Source of the DNA: Deltaproteobacteria bacterium TL4
GTDB lineage: Bacteria; SAR324; NAC60-12
NCBI GenBank assembly: GCA_051382335.1
Contig: JBBCAX010000302.1
Coordinates: forward strand, 1-46,636
Direction of reading: 5' to 3'
Length of the DNA: 46,636 nt
Each line of letters begins with the position of its first letter. Position 1 is the first letter of the stretch. The notes under the pieces are model-generated. The model saw nothing but the letters and a program-made list of their open reading frames with translations. It did not search any database and was not told where the DNA came from. The translations under genes were made by a program, and so were the position numbers. This document shows positions 27,215 to 37,594 of the stretch, one piece after another.

Positions 27215-28759
27215 ATGATTAAATTGATTCAGCGGTTTATGAACACCGCCAACGTACAAAAAGAATGGGTTTTGGGATTATTTATCCTTTTATTTTGCAT
27301 CCGTCTGTATCACCTCACAGGGCCTATTGTCGACAGGCATAGTTGGAACCAGATTTCTGCGGCAGCAATGGCAAAGTCCATTGCTCAGGACTGGAAATAT
27401 ATCACGACGCCCACAGTGGACCTGTTCCGTTCATTACACGATCTCAGCCGAACCTATGCGCAGGAATTTCCCTTATATCATATCCCGATTGCGTTGATTT
27501 ACCAAATCACAGGCGTCTGTGAGTGGCCTGCGCGCATGGTTTCGATCATTTACGGCATGATAGGTTTGGGATACTGGTTTTTATTGTGCAGACAAGTCTG
27601 GGGAGATCGTATTGCCTGGATCACCACCTTGATTGCGGGATTTTCATCGTTGAACTGGTTTTATGACCGGACCATTATGAGTGATACCAGTATGGTCACC
27701 GCAATGATCGCTGGCTGTTATCATTTTTATCAATGGTTAGAAACCAAGAACAATCGACAGTTGTGGGCCTCCTGTCTTTGGACGGCGGCTGCCGGCCTTT
27801 TTAAACCCTTTGGGTTGATTATAGGCGGAACCTACTTGCTCCTGATTCTCTTCAGAAAAAGCTATGAACTCTTTAAAGATCTAAAACTTTACGTCTTTGT
27901 GATTTTAGTTTGGCTGCCTACGGTGCTTTGGATTCTGCATGTGGTGAACTTACCGGAAGGAACCACCGAGTTTACGGGCGTCAAGAGTATGGGACAAATA
28001 CGTTCTCCGGAATTGTTACTGACTTGGGATTTTTATTATCGTCTCATCTTTGTCCGGTTGATTGATGCGGGTTTAACTCCATGGGCAGGTTTGTTCGCGG
28101 TCATTGGGATTAGCGCTACCCGTTTAAAAGATCCACGGTTCCATGTTCCCTTAGCCTGGTTGCTCTCTTGTGTGGTGTATGCCCTGATCGTACAGAATGG
28201 AAACTATGTTCATGAATACTACCAACTTCCTTTCATTCCTGGGCTTGCCTTATTTGCGGCAATCGGTGTTGACCGATTTTGGCAGTGGGATAAAATCGCG
28301 CCCAGGTACCGAAGTCTGTTGTTGGGTATCTTTTTGATCCTGATGATTTTGCATAACAGTGTCTATTTTTGGCGCTATTCCCGCTATGATATTGGTTCCT
28401 ACAACACGGGTCGTAAAATTGCGGAATTAAGTCAAGATCCGCAAGAAACGGTATTGGCTTTTGATATGGGTGTGAACAAGTGGAATCAACTCATTTTCTA
28501 TTCGAACCATTACGGATGGTATCATGATACTAAAATGCGTCCGTTTACCTTGGAAGAATTGGAACTTTTTCAACAACAGGGTGCCGACTGGCTCGGTGTT
28601 AATTTGACCTATGAGACCCACTACAAACAATATGAACCTTTGCTTCGGGAGTTGGAAAAACGGTATCCTAAAGTCTGGGAAGATCTTCACTCCTCCGATC
28701 GATATGGTCTAAGAGTGGTTTCCCAAGTTTATGATTTAAGACAGCCGTTAACGCCCTAA
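27215..28759 (+). CDS. GT-C fold membrane glycosyltransferase (family 39 / ArnT-like)
   Basis: Many TM helices, EFPLY, AR...IIYG, SDT, KP and HEYYQLP motifs; GAGG RBS before ATG 27215. Confidence 0.75.
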   Translation: MIKLIQRFMNTANVQKEWVLGLFILLFCIRLYHLTGPIVDRHSWNQISAAAMAKSIAQDWKYITTPTVDLFRSLHDLSRTYAQEFPLYHIPIALIYQITGVCEWPARMVSIIYGMIGLGYWFLLCRQVWGDRIAWITTLIAGFSSLNWFYDRTIMSDTSMVTAMIAGCYHFYQWLETKNNRQLWASCLWTAAAGLFKPFGLIIGGTYLLLILFRKSYELFKDLKLYVFVILVWLPTVLWILHVVNLPEGTTEFTGVKSMGQIRSPELLLTWDFYYRLIFVRLIDAGLTPWAGLFAVIGISATRLKDPRFHVPLAWLLSCVVYALIVQNGNYVHEYYQLPFIPGLALFAAIGVDRFWQWDKIAPRYRSLLLGIFLILMILHNSVYFWRYSRYDIGSYNTGRKIAELSQDPQETVLAFDMGVNKWNQLIFYSNHYGWYHDTKMRPFTLEELELFQQQGADWLGVNLTYETHYKQYEPLLRELEKRYPKVWEDLHSSDRYGLRVVSQVYDLRQPLTP

Positions 28760-28808
28760 AAATCGAGCTTGGTCAGCGTAATGGCGCTTTGACGCCAATT
28801 GCCAGGTT

Positions 28809-30254
28809 TCAATAAAATGTCAAACGATACATGAGTTGAACCAGGTCATCATCAGGGTCTTCGGAGGCAAGATAACCTTCGTTGCCTTTTCGACTGCTGT
28901 TGATGGTCAAATATTCTACCCCTATAATCTGGGCTTCGTTTAGAGATAGCAGATAAGCGATGGTGACTGCCGTACCATGGGAACGATTATTATCCTGAAG
29001 TTTGTCCCTATCCTCAACGCGGAAAGCATCATAGCGAACGCTTAAGCGATGAGATCCCATGACTTCGCTTCCCAGTACATACCAAGCGTCAAAATCGTTA
29101 TCAACCCCTTTGGCGATACGGCTTCCCATCCAGGTGTTGCCCCACAATTTTTGTGCTAACCAGGTCATGTGATCGAAAGGGGTCCATTGTAGAGAGACGT
29201 TGGTGAAATTCGTTTGCCAGGAATATTCCCATTCATGATCCCTGATTGTTTTTTCAGGGTCTGCCAGTGAATTGAGATAAAATACTTGCATTTTGAATCG
29301 TTGTTCGAGAGTGAAACCCGCCCGTGTGTAGACCCCCAGACGACCATCCATTTCTTTGGAAGGCTGTTCCCATTCCTCTTTGGGGCCTAATGGCGAAGGA
29401 ACGATGTGCTGTAGTTTGAGGTGGCTTCCAACCGTGTATTGATAATCATGTAAAGCCCAACCACGCCAGGAAAGGAGTGAAGCGGAAGGATCATTTCCTG
29501 AATAAGCGGCCAAGAGGAAATCCATGCTCACCAGAGAAGCCAATTCCTGACGGTAACTCACCTCCAGAGCATGAGGCCGCAATTCTTCTCCCACCCAGGT
29601 ATTGATCGCGGAAGGGGTGATGGTGTAAAGAGAGCTCCATGCTGTACCGGGATGTTCCAAAGAAAAAGGAGGAATGACAGCTCCCAGACGTAAGTTTATC
29701 CGTCGCGTTGGATTCCAGTCATATTCGTATTTCAGAAAGGCTTCCACAATACCTATTTTGCCACGGACCGACCCAGGTTCTTCGTGATCATCATAGTTCA
29801 ATTGGATGTGTCCCGCGACGTGGCCGTTTTTGACCATCTCTACCACCAAAGAGGCCTGTGATAATTTGAAACTGGTATCACCGCGATCTCCTTGGGGATA
29901 CTCTTCATAAGCGGAACGATCCGTATCAATGCCTCCATAACGGCTTAAGCCACGTCCCCCTTGCTGCCAATTCACCGATGTTCCTGTCTGTACCAAACGG
30001 GCATCCAGAACTCCGCTCCAGAGGATCTGTAAGGGAAGTGATGACACAGTGCGCGGTAATTCTGCCTTTTGAGATACGGCATTACTGGTGTTTACAGCAT
30101 CGTCTTCCGCGAAAAGATCCACTTCATCTCCACTGGATTGTGCCAGACTCATATATGGAATACTGCCCAGCAACATCAGCGTAAGCCAACCTTGCCAGAC
30201 AACCCATTGCCATAAACATTGTTTTTTTGAAGAGAACATAATCCTCCTTTTCAA
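28809..30254 (-). CDS. Outer-membrane beta-barrel hypothetical protein
   Basis: Signal peptide; PPFSLEH...WSSLYTITPSAINTWVGEELR, LLSWRGWALHD, HRLSVRYD; terminal YRLTFY. Confidence 0.65.
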   Translation of the reverse strand: MKRRIMFSSKKQCLWQWVVWQGWLTLMLLGSIPYMSLAQSSGDEVDLFAEDDAVNTSNAVSQKAELPRTVSSLPLQILWSGVLDARLVQTGTSVNWQQGGRGLSRYGGIDTDRSAYEEYPQGDRGDTSFKLSQASLVVEMVKNGHVAGHIQLNYDDHEEPGSVRGKIGIVEAFLKYEYDWNPTRRINLRLGAVIPPFSLEHPGTAWSSLYTITPSAINTWVGEELRPHALEVSYRQELASLVSMDFLLAAYSGNDPSASLLSWRGWALHDYQYTVGSHLKLQHIVPSPLGPKEEWEQPSKEMDGRLGVYTRAGFTLEQRFKMQVFYLNSLADPEKTIRDHEWEYSWQTNFTNVSLQWTPFDHMTWLAQKLWGNTWMGSRIAKGVDNDFDAWYVLGSEVMGSHRLSVRYDAFRVEDRDKLQDNNRSHGTAVTIAYLLSLNEAQIIGVEYLTINSSRKGNEGYLASEDPDDDLVQLMYRLTFY

Positions 30255-30339
30255 AGTTAAAATTTTGCTGTAAGAATAAGCTTATTCGCCTATATAGTTC
30301 ATTCCTGATTAAATTTTAAACCTACCACTGATTCACCTT

Positions 30340-30993
30340 ATGAAAAAGATCTTTATCCTATTATTTTGCTTTATTAGCGGATTGCCTGTTTGTGCCGGAG
30401 ACTTACAAGGCACTGTCAGGATTATAAATGCGGTAGGCACTTCAGCGGACTCACAGGGGAATGAGGATGCGGTCGTGTTCGTTACCGGTTTTGAGAAAGA
30501 GTTCTTGCCCTCAACGGAACGGATCTATCACGATCAGATCAACAAAAAGTTCATTCCCGCGGTTTTACCTATTGTCAAAGGTCAAGCTGTCCTCTTCCGT
30601 AATCAAGACGAAATTAATCACAATGCCTTTTCACTCTCTAAAGCACATGAATTTGACCTTGGACTCTATAAAGCTCCTGAAGAAAAAAAACTCACGTTTG
30701 AGACACCCGGTATTGTTAAAGTTTTTTGTAATATCCATCCTCAAATGCGTTCGACCATTTTAGTCCTCAAAAACGATAGGTTTTTTCGTACAGCTCCGGA
30801 CGGCAAGTACCTGATCAAAAATATTCCTGCAGGCGCATACCAACTCAAAGTATGGGTTGATGGCGCTGATTTGATCTCCAAGCAAGTGGTGGTCACGCTC
30901 ACGTCTCACGAAGAACACCACTTTAACATTCCTATTCGGCGGCAGACTGTGGAACACCTGAACAAATTTGGAAAGCCCTATGAACCCTATTGA
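30340..30993 (+). CDS. Secreted cupredoxin-like protein with carboxypeptidase-regulatory-like domain
   Basis: Signal peptide; FRNQD..HNAFS and VFCNIHPQM (type-1 Cu-like His/Cys/His/Met); DGKY.IKNIPAGAY.LKVW. Confidence 0.75.
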   Translation: MKKIFILLFCFISGLPVCAGDLQGTVRIINAVGTSADSQGNEDAVVFVTGFEKEFLPSTERIYHDQINKKFIPAVLPIVKGQAVLFRNQDEINHNAFSLSKAHEFDLGLYKAPEEKKLTFETPGIVKVFCNIHPQMRSTILVLKNDRFFRTAPDGKYLIKNIPAGAYQLKVWVDGADLISKQVVVTLTSHEEHHFNIPIRRQTVEHLNKFGKPYEPY

Positions 30994-30999
30994 CCGAAC

Positions 31000-33027
31000 T
31001 CATTTTTCTAACATCACCTGTACTCCATTCCATGAGGTATCCGGAGGCTGGGCGATGAAATTGCGGCAGCGCTGAATAAATAGTTCGGCGGGGGAATCGT
31101 CAGGAATTGTCTGCAGGCATTGCTCAAAGTGTCGCAGCGCTGTTTGGAAATTCCTCTGATGGTAAGCCGTTACTCCTTGATGAAAGTTTTCTACCAGCAT
31201 CAGTTGTTGTGGAGAAGCCGCATTTCGAAATCCCATCAGTTCATAAACCTGAACCATCTCGCTTTTTCCTTTGACTTGAACGCTATCCAAAGTACGCGTT
31301 AGAAATTCATTAGGGTCAATCGCCCGAAAGGTATTTTCAGAAATCAAAATACTCGTTCCATAAAATTTATTTAAGGACTCCAACCTTGACGCCAAATTGA
31401 CGGCATTGCCAATGATGGTATAGTCCATGCGATCTTCTGAACCAATATTCCCCACGATGGCTTCTCCGCTGTGAATACCAATGCGTGTTACAAAGCGGGA
31501 CGGCATGGCATAGCGAGTCCACTGATCCTGAAATTGCTGCTGTAAAGGCGCTTGAACCAGGGCGGTTAGACAGGCCAGACGAGCATGGTTCTCGGCATGC
31601 AGGGGCGCCCCCCAAAACGCCATGATGGCATCACCGATGTATTTATCTACAATGGCTGAATGTTGTTCCAGTATTTGTGCCATTTTCGTCAAGTATTGAT
31701 TCAAAAAGCTCAATAGTTCTTCTGGAGGAAGCTTTTCGCTGAAGGTTGTAAAATTGGCAATGTCAGAAAAATAAATAGTTACGTCTTTTTTTTCGCCTCC
31801 TAAGGTTACCCTGCTTTTAAGGATTTCATCCACTATTGACGAATTCACGTATTTCTTGAACGTGCGTGTGATCCGCTCTTTTTCTTGTAATCCCTGAATC
31901 ATGGAGTTGAAGGCTTGCGCCAATTGTCCCAGTTCATCTTGTGAGAGGATCGGCAATTGCACCTCCAGGTTCCCGTTTTTTACGGCGTCTGCTCCTGTTG
32001 AGAGGTTCTGTATCGTTCGGACCACACTTCGGCTGAAAACCACAGAGAAAAAGACAGCAGTCGCAATTCCCAGCAGGGCAATCATGTTTAGTACGCGTGA
32101 AAGATGGGAATAAAATACGAGTTCTTGCGTTTGAGAACGAAAAATAATGATATGCCCTACGACGTTCGCCATTCCATCTTTAACAGCGTGAGCCATCGCC
32201 ATAAATTGTTCTTTTCCATGTTCGAAACTATATAGCGCTTTGGAACGTTGGGGTTCCATTTTTTCTACCACTTGCCGCAACTGGACGTTCAATTCAGAAG
32301 GAGCTGAACTGGCGTAAAGATGTCCCTGTTGGAAAAAGGCAATTTCAGAAAGTGTGATATTTTTTATGCGGTAAAGTTCTTCGGTACTGGCGAAACCAAT
32401 AATCAGCAAGCCAACCACTTCTTTTCCAAAAATCACGGGCTTGAAAAATACTTCATACAGCATCTGCGGTTGCGATGGCTGTTCCGGGGGCAAGTCGCTG
32501 TAAATGGGAGAGGAGGCTCCCCACCAGGTAAATAGTTCATTGCCTGAGAGCGCGGTATTGACCACTGGCAAGTCCGCAAGGTTTTTATTGACCAGATAGT
32601 CGGCTCCTTTTTGATAAAGCACATTCCCCTGCCCATCAGTAATGATAAATAAGCGACTCTGTTGAAACAATTCTACCTCCTGCAGAATTTCTTCCAACGC
32701 TTGATACCGTAAGGCAGAATCCGGTTTGGCTTCTCCAAACAAATCGTTAACCACTTGATTGTACTCGGACAAAGAGGCTCGCAATTGAGGATTGTAGCGA
32801 ATCAGTGATGCCGCCGCATCGGAATAGGACTTTAACTGGGTCTCACGAAATTCTCGCAACACATTGATGGTCACCAGCATTTCTCCTTCAATTTTTTGAT
32901 CGCTGGCACGTTTGAGATAAGTGTTGACCACCAGCATAATCATACTCACCGTAAAAATGAGCAGGGTTGTGACAGAGAGCAGGAGCTTATTACGAAAGCT
33001 GGTTGCCAAAAAAGCTGGAAAGGGCAT
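31000..33027 (-). CDS. Membrane class III adenylate cyclase (periplasmic sensor, HAMP, C-terminal TPR-like)
   Basis: Two TM helices; DELGQLAQAFNSM (HAMP), FSDIANFT, DKYIGDAIMAFWG, DYTIIGNAVNLASRLE. Confidence 0.92.
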   Translation of the reverse strand: MPFPAFLATSFRNKLLLSVTTLLIFTVSMIMLVVNTYLKRASDQKIEGEMLVTINVLREFRETQLKSYSDAAASLIRYNPQLRASLSEYNQVVNDLFGEAKPDSALRYQALEEILQEVELFQQSRLFIITDGQGNVLYQKGADYLVNKNLADLPVVNTALSGNELFTWWGASSPIYSDLPPEQPSQPQMLYEVFFKPVIFGKEVVGLLIIGFASTEELYRIKNITLSEIAFFQQGHLYASSAPSELNVQLRQVVEKMEPQRSKALYSFEHGKEQFMAMAHAVKDGMANVVGHIIIFRSQTQELVFYSHLSRVLNMIALLGIATAVFFSVVFSRSVVRTIQNLSTGADAVKNGNLEVQLPILSQDELGQLAQAFNSMIQGLQEKERITRTFKKYVNSSIVDEILKSRVTLGGEKKDVTIYFSDIANFTTFSEKLPPEELLSFLNQYLTKMAQILEQHSAIVDKYIGDAIMAFWGAPLHAENHARLACLTALVQAPLQQQFQDQWTRYAMPSRFVTRIGIHSGEAIVGNIGSEDRMDYTIIGNAVNLASRLESLNKFYGTSILISENTFRAIDPNEFLTRTLDSVQVKGKSEMVQVYELMGFRNAASPQQLMLVENFHQGVTAYHQRNFQTALRHFEQCLQTIPDDSPAELFIQRCRNFIAQPPDTSWNGVQVMLEK

Positions 33028-33163
33028 AGCTATAAAATCCCCACATTAATGATTCAAGAATGGATAACCGCATTGGCAGCAGGTGAACTTTTAAGGATTG
33101 AGTTCTGTTACCTGATAGATCGTTAAACTACAAGTCTGTTTCTGAGACTTCCAGACCCTGCTT

Positions 33164-33308
33164 GCCAATGGCGATATTTCCAACAAGAGGTGCGATTCCT
33201 GTGTGCTGCGAATCTTTATATGGCGGAAGCCATTGCCGAGGGAACCAGGAGCATAGAGGGAACAGAAGTAGAAATGCGTCATGTTCTAGAGACCCTGCCA
33301 AGGGAAGT
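33164..33308 (+). pseudogene. Degenerate duplicate of the wrbA upstream region and 5' coding part
   Basis: 33164-33217 matches 39018-39071 (48/54); 33219-33308 matches 39309-39398 (82/90). Confidence 0.85.
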
Positions 33309-33348
33309 AATTGATTCGTGCCGTGAAACGATTGTGTTCTCCTCTGTT

Positions 33349-33774
33349 TCAATTTTGATCAAAATGCTTCCGAATAGTCTCTACTCTTCTGCGGTTCGCA
33401 CCAAAATCACTCAATCCTAATCTGGAAGCGGAACGCACATGAATAACCTTTTCTCTTTCATCCAAATAAAACTCCAGGTCATCAACAAATCTCATTAATT
33501 TGCTAGTATACTCCGCATAGAGATAGAGGTCTTCATTTTTAATGATTTCAGCTTCACTCATTGAAGAAATAATATCATGAAGTCTCTTCATCGCTTCTTC
33601 AGGGGAACCTTGATAGCGAAAAGGCTTAACTCGTTGGAATGCTATCTTAGCTTGGCTGGAAACGTAATTAGGAGTGAGTGGGCCAATTGCTAGTTTTCCT
33701 TCTTTTACGCCTAAATTATTTGGCCTGCCTGCTATCGAAGTTACCGAAACAATTCGTTTAGAATTTTTTTTCAT
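33349..33774 (-). CDS. DUF1499 family protein
   Basis: LGVKEGKL...PNYVSSQ, FVDDLEF, IHVRSASRLGLSDFGANRRRVE. Confidence 0.85.
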   Translation of the reverse strand: MKKNSKRIVSVTSIAGRPNNLGVKEGKLAIGPLTPNYVSSQAKIAFQRVKPFRYQGSPEEAMKRLHDIISSMSEAEIIKNEDLYLYAEYTSKLMRFVDDLEFYLDEREKVIHVRSASRLGLSDFGANRRRVETIRKHFDQN

Positions 33775-34047
33775 ACCATCTCCTTAAATTCGGAATAGAA
33801 AGGGATCTCTCATTTTGAAATGAAAACCATATCCCAGCCTGAATATCTGCAAAAATTCTTGAAAATTAACAGCAGGGAAAAATTGGTGACCCCACAATTC
33901 ACCTCAATCTTATTCGTTCGAGGTTTTCCCTGTCTATCTCTTTAAACCGGAACACTTAGACTGAATCATGCTCGCATCATTGAAAAAAACAATTAAATAA
34001 CACGAATATTGTGAACTGGGATAAAGTAGCAGAGCGATTGACCTGAT

Positions 34048-35682
34048 TCATTTCCTTGTCATGGTGAGATGGTTATAAGGAGGGAGCGTACTTATACGTG
34101 AATCTTCCAAGGGACACCCAATCGTAAAATGGTAAAGACTTTGATAGGTATTATCCTTGAATCCGCAGATTGAATGCATCTCATCATCAAGAAAGCACCC
34201 AATCCCTGTTCCACGGAGTCCGTAGGCTTCGGCCTGCAAATATAAAACTTGTCCAATCATTCCCGCCTCCCAAAACAAATGTCGATATCGAAAGGGTTCT
34301 TTTTCAATCACTTCTTGAAAATGGGCCACCATTCCCAGGGAAAAAGCGCTGTCTCCCGCAATCTCTTGCTGACAACTCAGCTTAATGGCGCTTTGACGCC
34401 AATTTCCAGGTTTCAATAAATAGAATGGGATCCCCTGTTCAATAATTTCCCAGAGAAAATCCGCATGGGTATGCTCTTTTAAATGAGAATAGTGGTCTGG
34501 ATTACGAATAAAGAGGTAGAGTCCTGGCTCAACTCCTTTCACATAATGTACAAAGATAAATAAATGAATTGAGGGCTGGATCAATTCCACATCAAAAGGA
34601 GCGCAATTGTCTTGTGGGAAGGTAGCCTGGATACATCCAAAAAAATGTTCACGGCTGATTAAACTGTGTTTGAGATCAAAGGCAACAGCGCTACGTCGTT
34701 TTCTGATTATTTGTGACGCTGAAAGTGGTGATGCGGGAATCTGAAAAGTATTCTCTGCGGGGAAACGGAGGGTCTGTTCCGAACTATCCGGTTTTTGGCT
34801 GGCAACAGCTATTTTTTCAATGATGTTCCAATGATACACTTCCTGACTTAATACTTCGGGGGTCCCGTAAATATTCTGCGGGGTGATTTTTGAAATCAGT
34901 TCAGTGGACAAACTCTCTGAAATTTTGGGTGATCCTTGTGGACTGATCCAGCACAATAACTCCACTTCTTCCTGTTCTCCTTCCGTCCATTGAGTGAGAT
35001 CAAAGCCTAAAATTTTACTCAGAGTTTTATCACTCACCGTATGAATGTATTGCGCATGCCATCCCATGAGGTTAGCCGCAATGCTGATTGCCGCCAGAGC
35101 ATGTCCTGTATCATGATTACAATAACGAAAGGCACGTTCTCCATATTTCCAGGACTCTCTCCAAAAAATGCTGCTGAGTGCGCACAAAACCCCATCCGAA
35201 GCAAAAGACTGACGCCATTGTTCTTCAAGAGAGGCCTCAAGTAGGGCGCGATTTTCCAAAGCATGGAATAGTGGGTTGTAATGATAAAGTCCTCCAGGCA
35301 TTGTTTCCAGTCCGGGGAGAATCCAGTAGGATTCCGTTGGATGTAAGTTGCCGCTGGAAGGATTCATTCGAAGTGCCCATTTGGACGATGAAATTGTTTT
35401 CCAGGCCGATAGTCCCAACGACAATTCAATCATGCCGCTAATATTTTCGAGAGTGAAGGCTCGAGGCTGATTATTATTTCGTAAAAATAAATCTAAATGG
35501 TTTGCCTGAGGATCTTGTTGCGGAAAAGGCAGATTATAAACACGGCAATCCCTATAAAAACGGAAAGGATTGGGTTGATTATTCCAATCCAGATATCCTA
35601 ACGAATTTGCATACTTGTGAGGATGATGCTTGGTAGCTTCATGATAATTGAAGATTTGTTCAACGGATTGAGCATGATCCAT
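34048..35682 (-). CDS. SagB/ThcOx-family nitroreductase-like dehydrogenase
   Basis: YHEATKH, LDWNNQPNPFR, LRMNPSSGNLHPTE, WKYGERAFRYC.HD.GH, GQVLYL.AEA.G..GTGIGCF; GAGG RBS before ATG 35682. Confidence 0.88.
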   Translation of the reverse strand: MDHAQSVEQIFNYHEATKHHPHKYANSLGYLDWNNQPNPFRFYRDCRVYNLPFPQQDPQANHLDLFLRNNNQPRAFTLENISGMIELSLGLSAWKTISSSKWALRMNPSSGNLHPTESYWILPGLETMPGGLYHYNPLFHALENRALLEASLEEQWRQSFASDGVLCALSSIFWRESWKYGERAFRYCNHDTGHALAAISIAANLMGWHAQYIHTVSDKTLSKILGFDLTQWTEGEQEEVELLCWISPQGSPKISESLSTELISKITPQNIYGTPEVLSQEVYHWNIIEKIAVASQKPDSSEQTLRFPAENTFQIPASPLSASQIIRKRRSAVAFDLKHSLISREHFFGCIQATFPQDNCAPFDVELIQPSIHLFIFVHYVKGVEPGLYLFIRNPDHYSHLKEHTHADFLWEIIEQGIPFYLLKPGNWRQSAIKLSCQQEIAGDSAFSLGMVAHFQEVIEKEPFRYRHLFWEAGMIGQVLYLQAEAYGLRGTGIGCFLDDEMHSICGFKDNTYQSLYHFTIGCPLEDSRISTLPPYNHLTMTRK

Positions 35683-35854
35683 TTTATGTCCTCTCTTTTT
35701 CGTGGCGTTCAAATATTTAAATCAATCATCAGATGAGTGGGTTCGAATGATTGGTACGCATGAAAGATGGGTATAAAATATGAGTTTTTGAGTTTGAGTC
35801 GGATCGTATTTCTGAAAAATAATGGATCCTGAAAACTCACTTTATTCAGAATTT

Positions 35855-36265
35855 TCATGCATCAGCGCTGTACACAGGTCGCTTTTTTTTGAATAATTCG
35901 AGTTCAATGGTAGCATGTAGGGTGGTTAGGTTGAAGGGTTTACCGATAAATCCCAAAGGTTCGTTGATGAGTGACTGCGGCAATCTATCGGGATTTGCGG
36001 TAAAAAAGACAATCGGGACATCTGAAAAACTTTTGATGGCCTCCATCGCCTCAACACCATCCATAGATCCGGATAAGGAAATATCCATCAAAATAAGATC
36101 CGGTTCTTCTCTGCGAGCCACTTCAACCGCTTGTTCTCCAGAAGACACAATACAAGGTATCAGATAACCCAGGCGTTTTAGAATTCGTTCAACGTCCAAC
36201 GCGGTAATCCCTTCATCTTCAACCACCAAAATTTTTGTATTTTCGGTTATTAGTCCTTTAATCAT
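35855..36265 (-). CDS. Single-domain response regulator (REC)
   Basis: ILVVEDE, LILMDI, DGVE, FFTA, KPF. Confidence 0.9.
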   Translation of the reverse strand: MIKGLITENTKILVVEDEGITALDVERILKRLGYLIPCIVSSGEQAVEVARREEPDLILMDISLSGSMDGVEAMEAIKSFSDVPIVFFTANPDRLPQSLINEPLGFIGKPFNLTTLHATIELELFKKKRPVYSADA

Positions 36266-36310
36266 AGTTCTCCTTTAAAAGTATAAAACTCAAAATGAGA
36301 ATCATTTTGT

Positions 36311-37462
36311 TCACCAATTCAGTAAAAATGAGAAACAACTGCCCTCTTCGATTCTACTAGACACCTCAATTTTAGAACCATGCGCTTTTATCAATTCTTG
36401 CGACAAAAACAACCCCCAGCCAAACTCATTGGACTTCTCTTGATTGAAGACACTCATCCTTTGGAATGGATTAAAAAGCTTGGAGATTTCTTCAGCGCTG
36501 ATGCCTTGTCCCGTATCGGAGACCTCAATTCTCAGTCCTTTCTTTTCAGGAACAGCGTTTAAGGAAACAAGGCCTCCTGGACGAGTAAACTTTAGGGCAT
36601 TATCGATTAAATGATCTAAAACCTGTCCCAACCGTTTGATATCCACTGTGACTTCATAGGAATCTTCCAAGTGACAACATAATAAAATACCACGTTGCTG
36701 AGCCAAGTCTTTGAAGCATTCAATCGTCTCATGAAATAAAAAATACACATCACAGACTTCCAAGGTCAAGGAAGATTCACCGCTTTGAAGGGACATTAAC
36801 TCTAAAAGATCTTGAACCAAACGAAACCCTGTAAGACTTACACTCGCAATCCGGTCCAATACAATCTCACGTTCAGGGTCATCGGGCTTTTTTAAAAGAA
36901 ATTCCGCCAACCCATAGATGCTTGCCAGTGGTGTTTGTAGATCTTGTGAAATCATCTTTATGAAGGATTCCATTCGTTTATTGTTACTGAGGAGTGCATC
37001 ATTAGATTCCTTGAGTTGCACAGAGGTATGGTGAAGTAAATTTGAAATTTCCTGTTCATCCGCGAAAAAGGAGGTCAAATCCGTTTCCCTTTGTGCTTTT
37101 TGCAACGCGATTTTAATGGTTGCGTGTAATTGTCTTTCTTGAAAAGGCTTAATCAAATAGCCAAAGCACGACGTTTTTTGCGCTTCTCGCAAGATTTCAT
37201 CATCAGCAAAAGCCGTTAAATAAACAACAGGGATTTTGTGAGTTTTCCATATTTTTTCCGCGGTTTCCAAGCCACTAAGTTTTCCTGATAAGCGTATATC
37301 CATCAAAGCCAAATCAGGCGAAATATGCCCTAACTGTTCCAGTGCTTCCTCTCCTGACATAGCGACAGCAGGAACCTCATATCCCAAACGTAACAATTCC
37401 TTTTCTATAGATTTAGCGACAAGGCCTTCATCTTCAACGATCATTACTTGTGTATTTAACAT
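36311..37462 (-). CDS. REC + HisKA/HATPase hybrid with degenerate H-box
   Basis: VEDE/MDI/KPF receiver; ISQDLQTPL in place of SHDLRTPL; NALKFT, DTGQGI, FNPF. Confidence 0.85.
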   Translation of the reverse strand: MLNTQVMIVEDEGLVAKSIEKELLRLGYEVPAVAMSGEEALEQLGHISPDLALMDIRLSGKLSGLETAEKIWKTHKIPVVYLTAFADDEILREAQKTSCFGYLIKPFQERQLHATIKIALQKAQRETDLTSFFADEQEISNLLHHTSVQLKESNDALLSNNKRMESFIKMISQDLQTPLASIYGLAEFLLKKPDDPEREIVLDRIASVSLTGFRLVQDLLELMSLQSGESSLTLEVCDVYFLFHETIECFKDLAQQRGILLCCHLEDSYEVTVDIKRLGQVLDHLIDNALKFTRPGGLVSLNAVPEKKGLRIEVSDTGQGISAEEISKLFNPFQRMSVFNQEKSNEFGWGLFLSQELIKAHGSKIEVSSRIEEGSCFSFLLNW

Positions 37463-37594
37463 GTCTCTCTCCTATCTGAAGAACATCAGCTAAGCATCAC
37501 GCTATCCAAAGGCATATTTCAATCAGCGAATTTTAGAACAGACGTTCGTTTATGATTATCGAATTAGCGAAAGCTCAACATCATGAGTTGCGCT

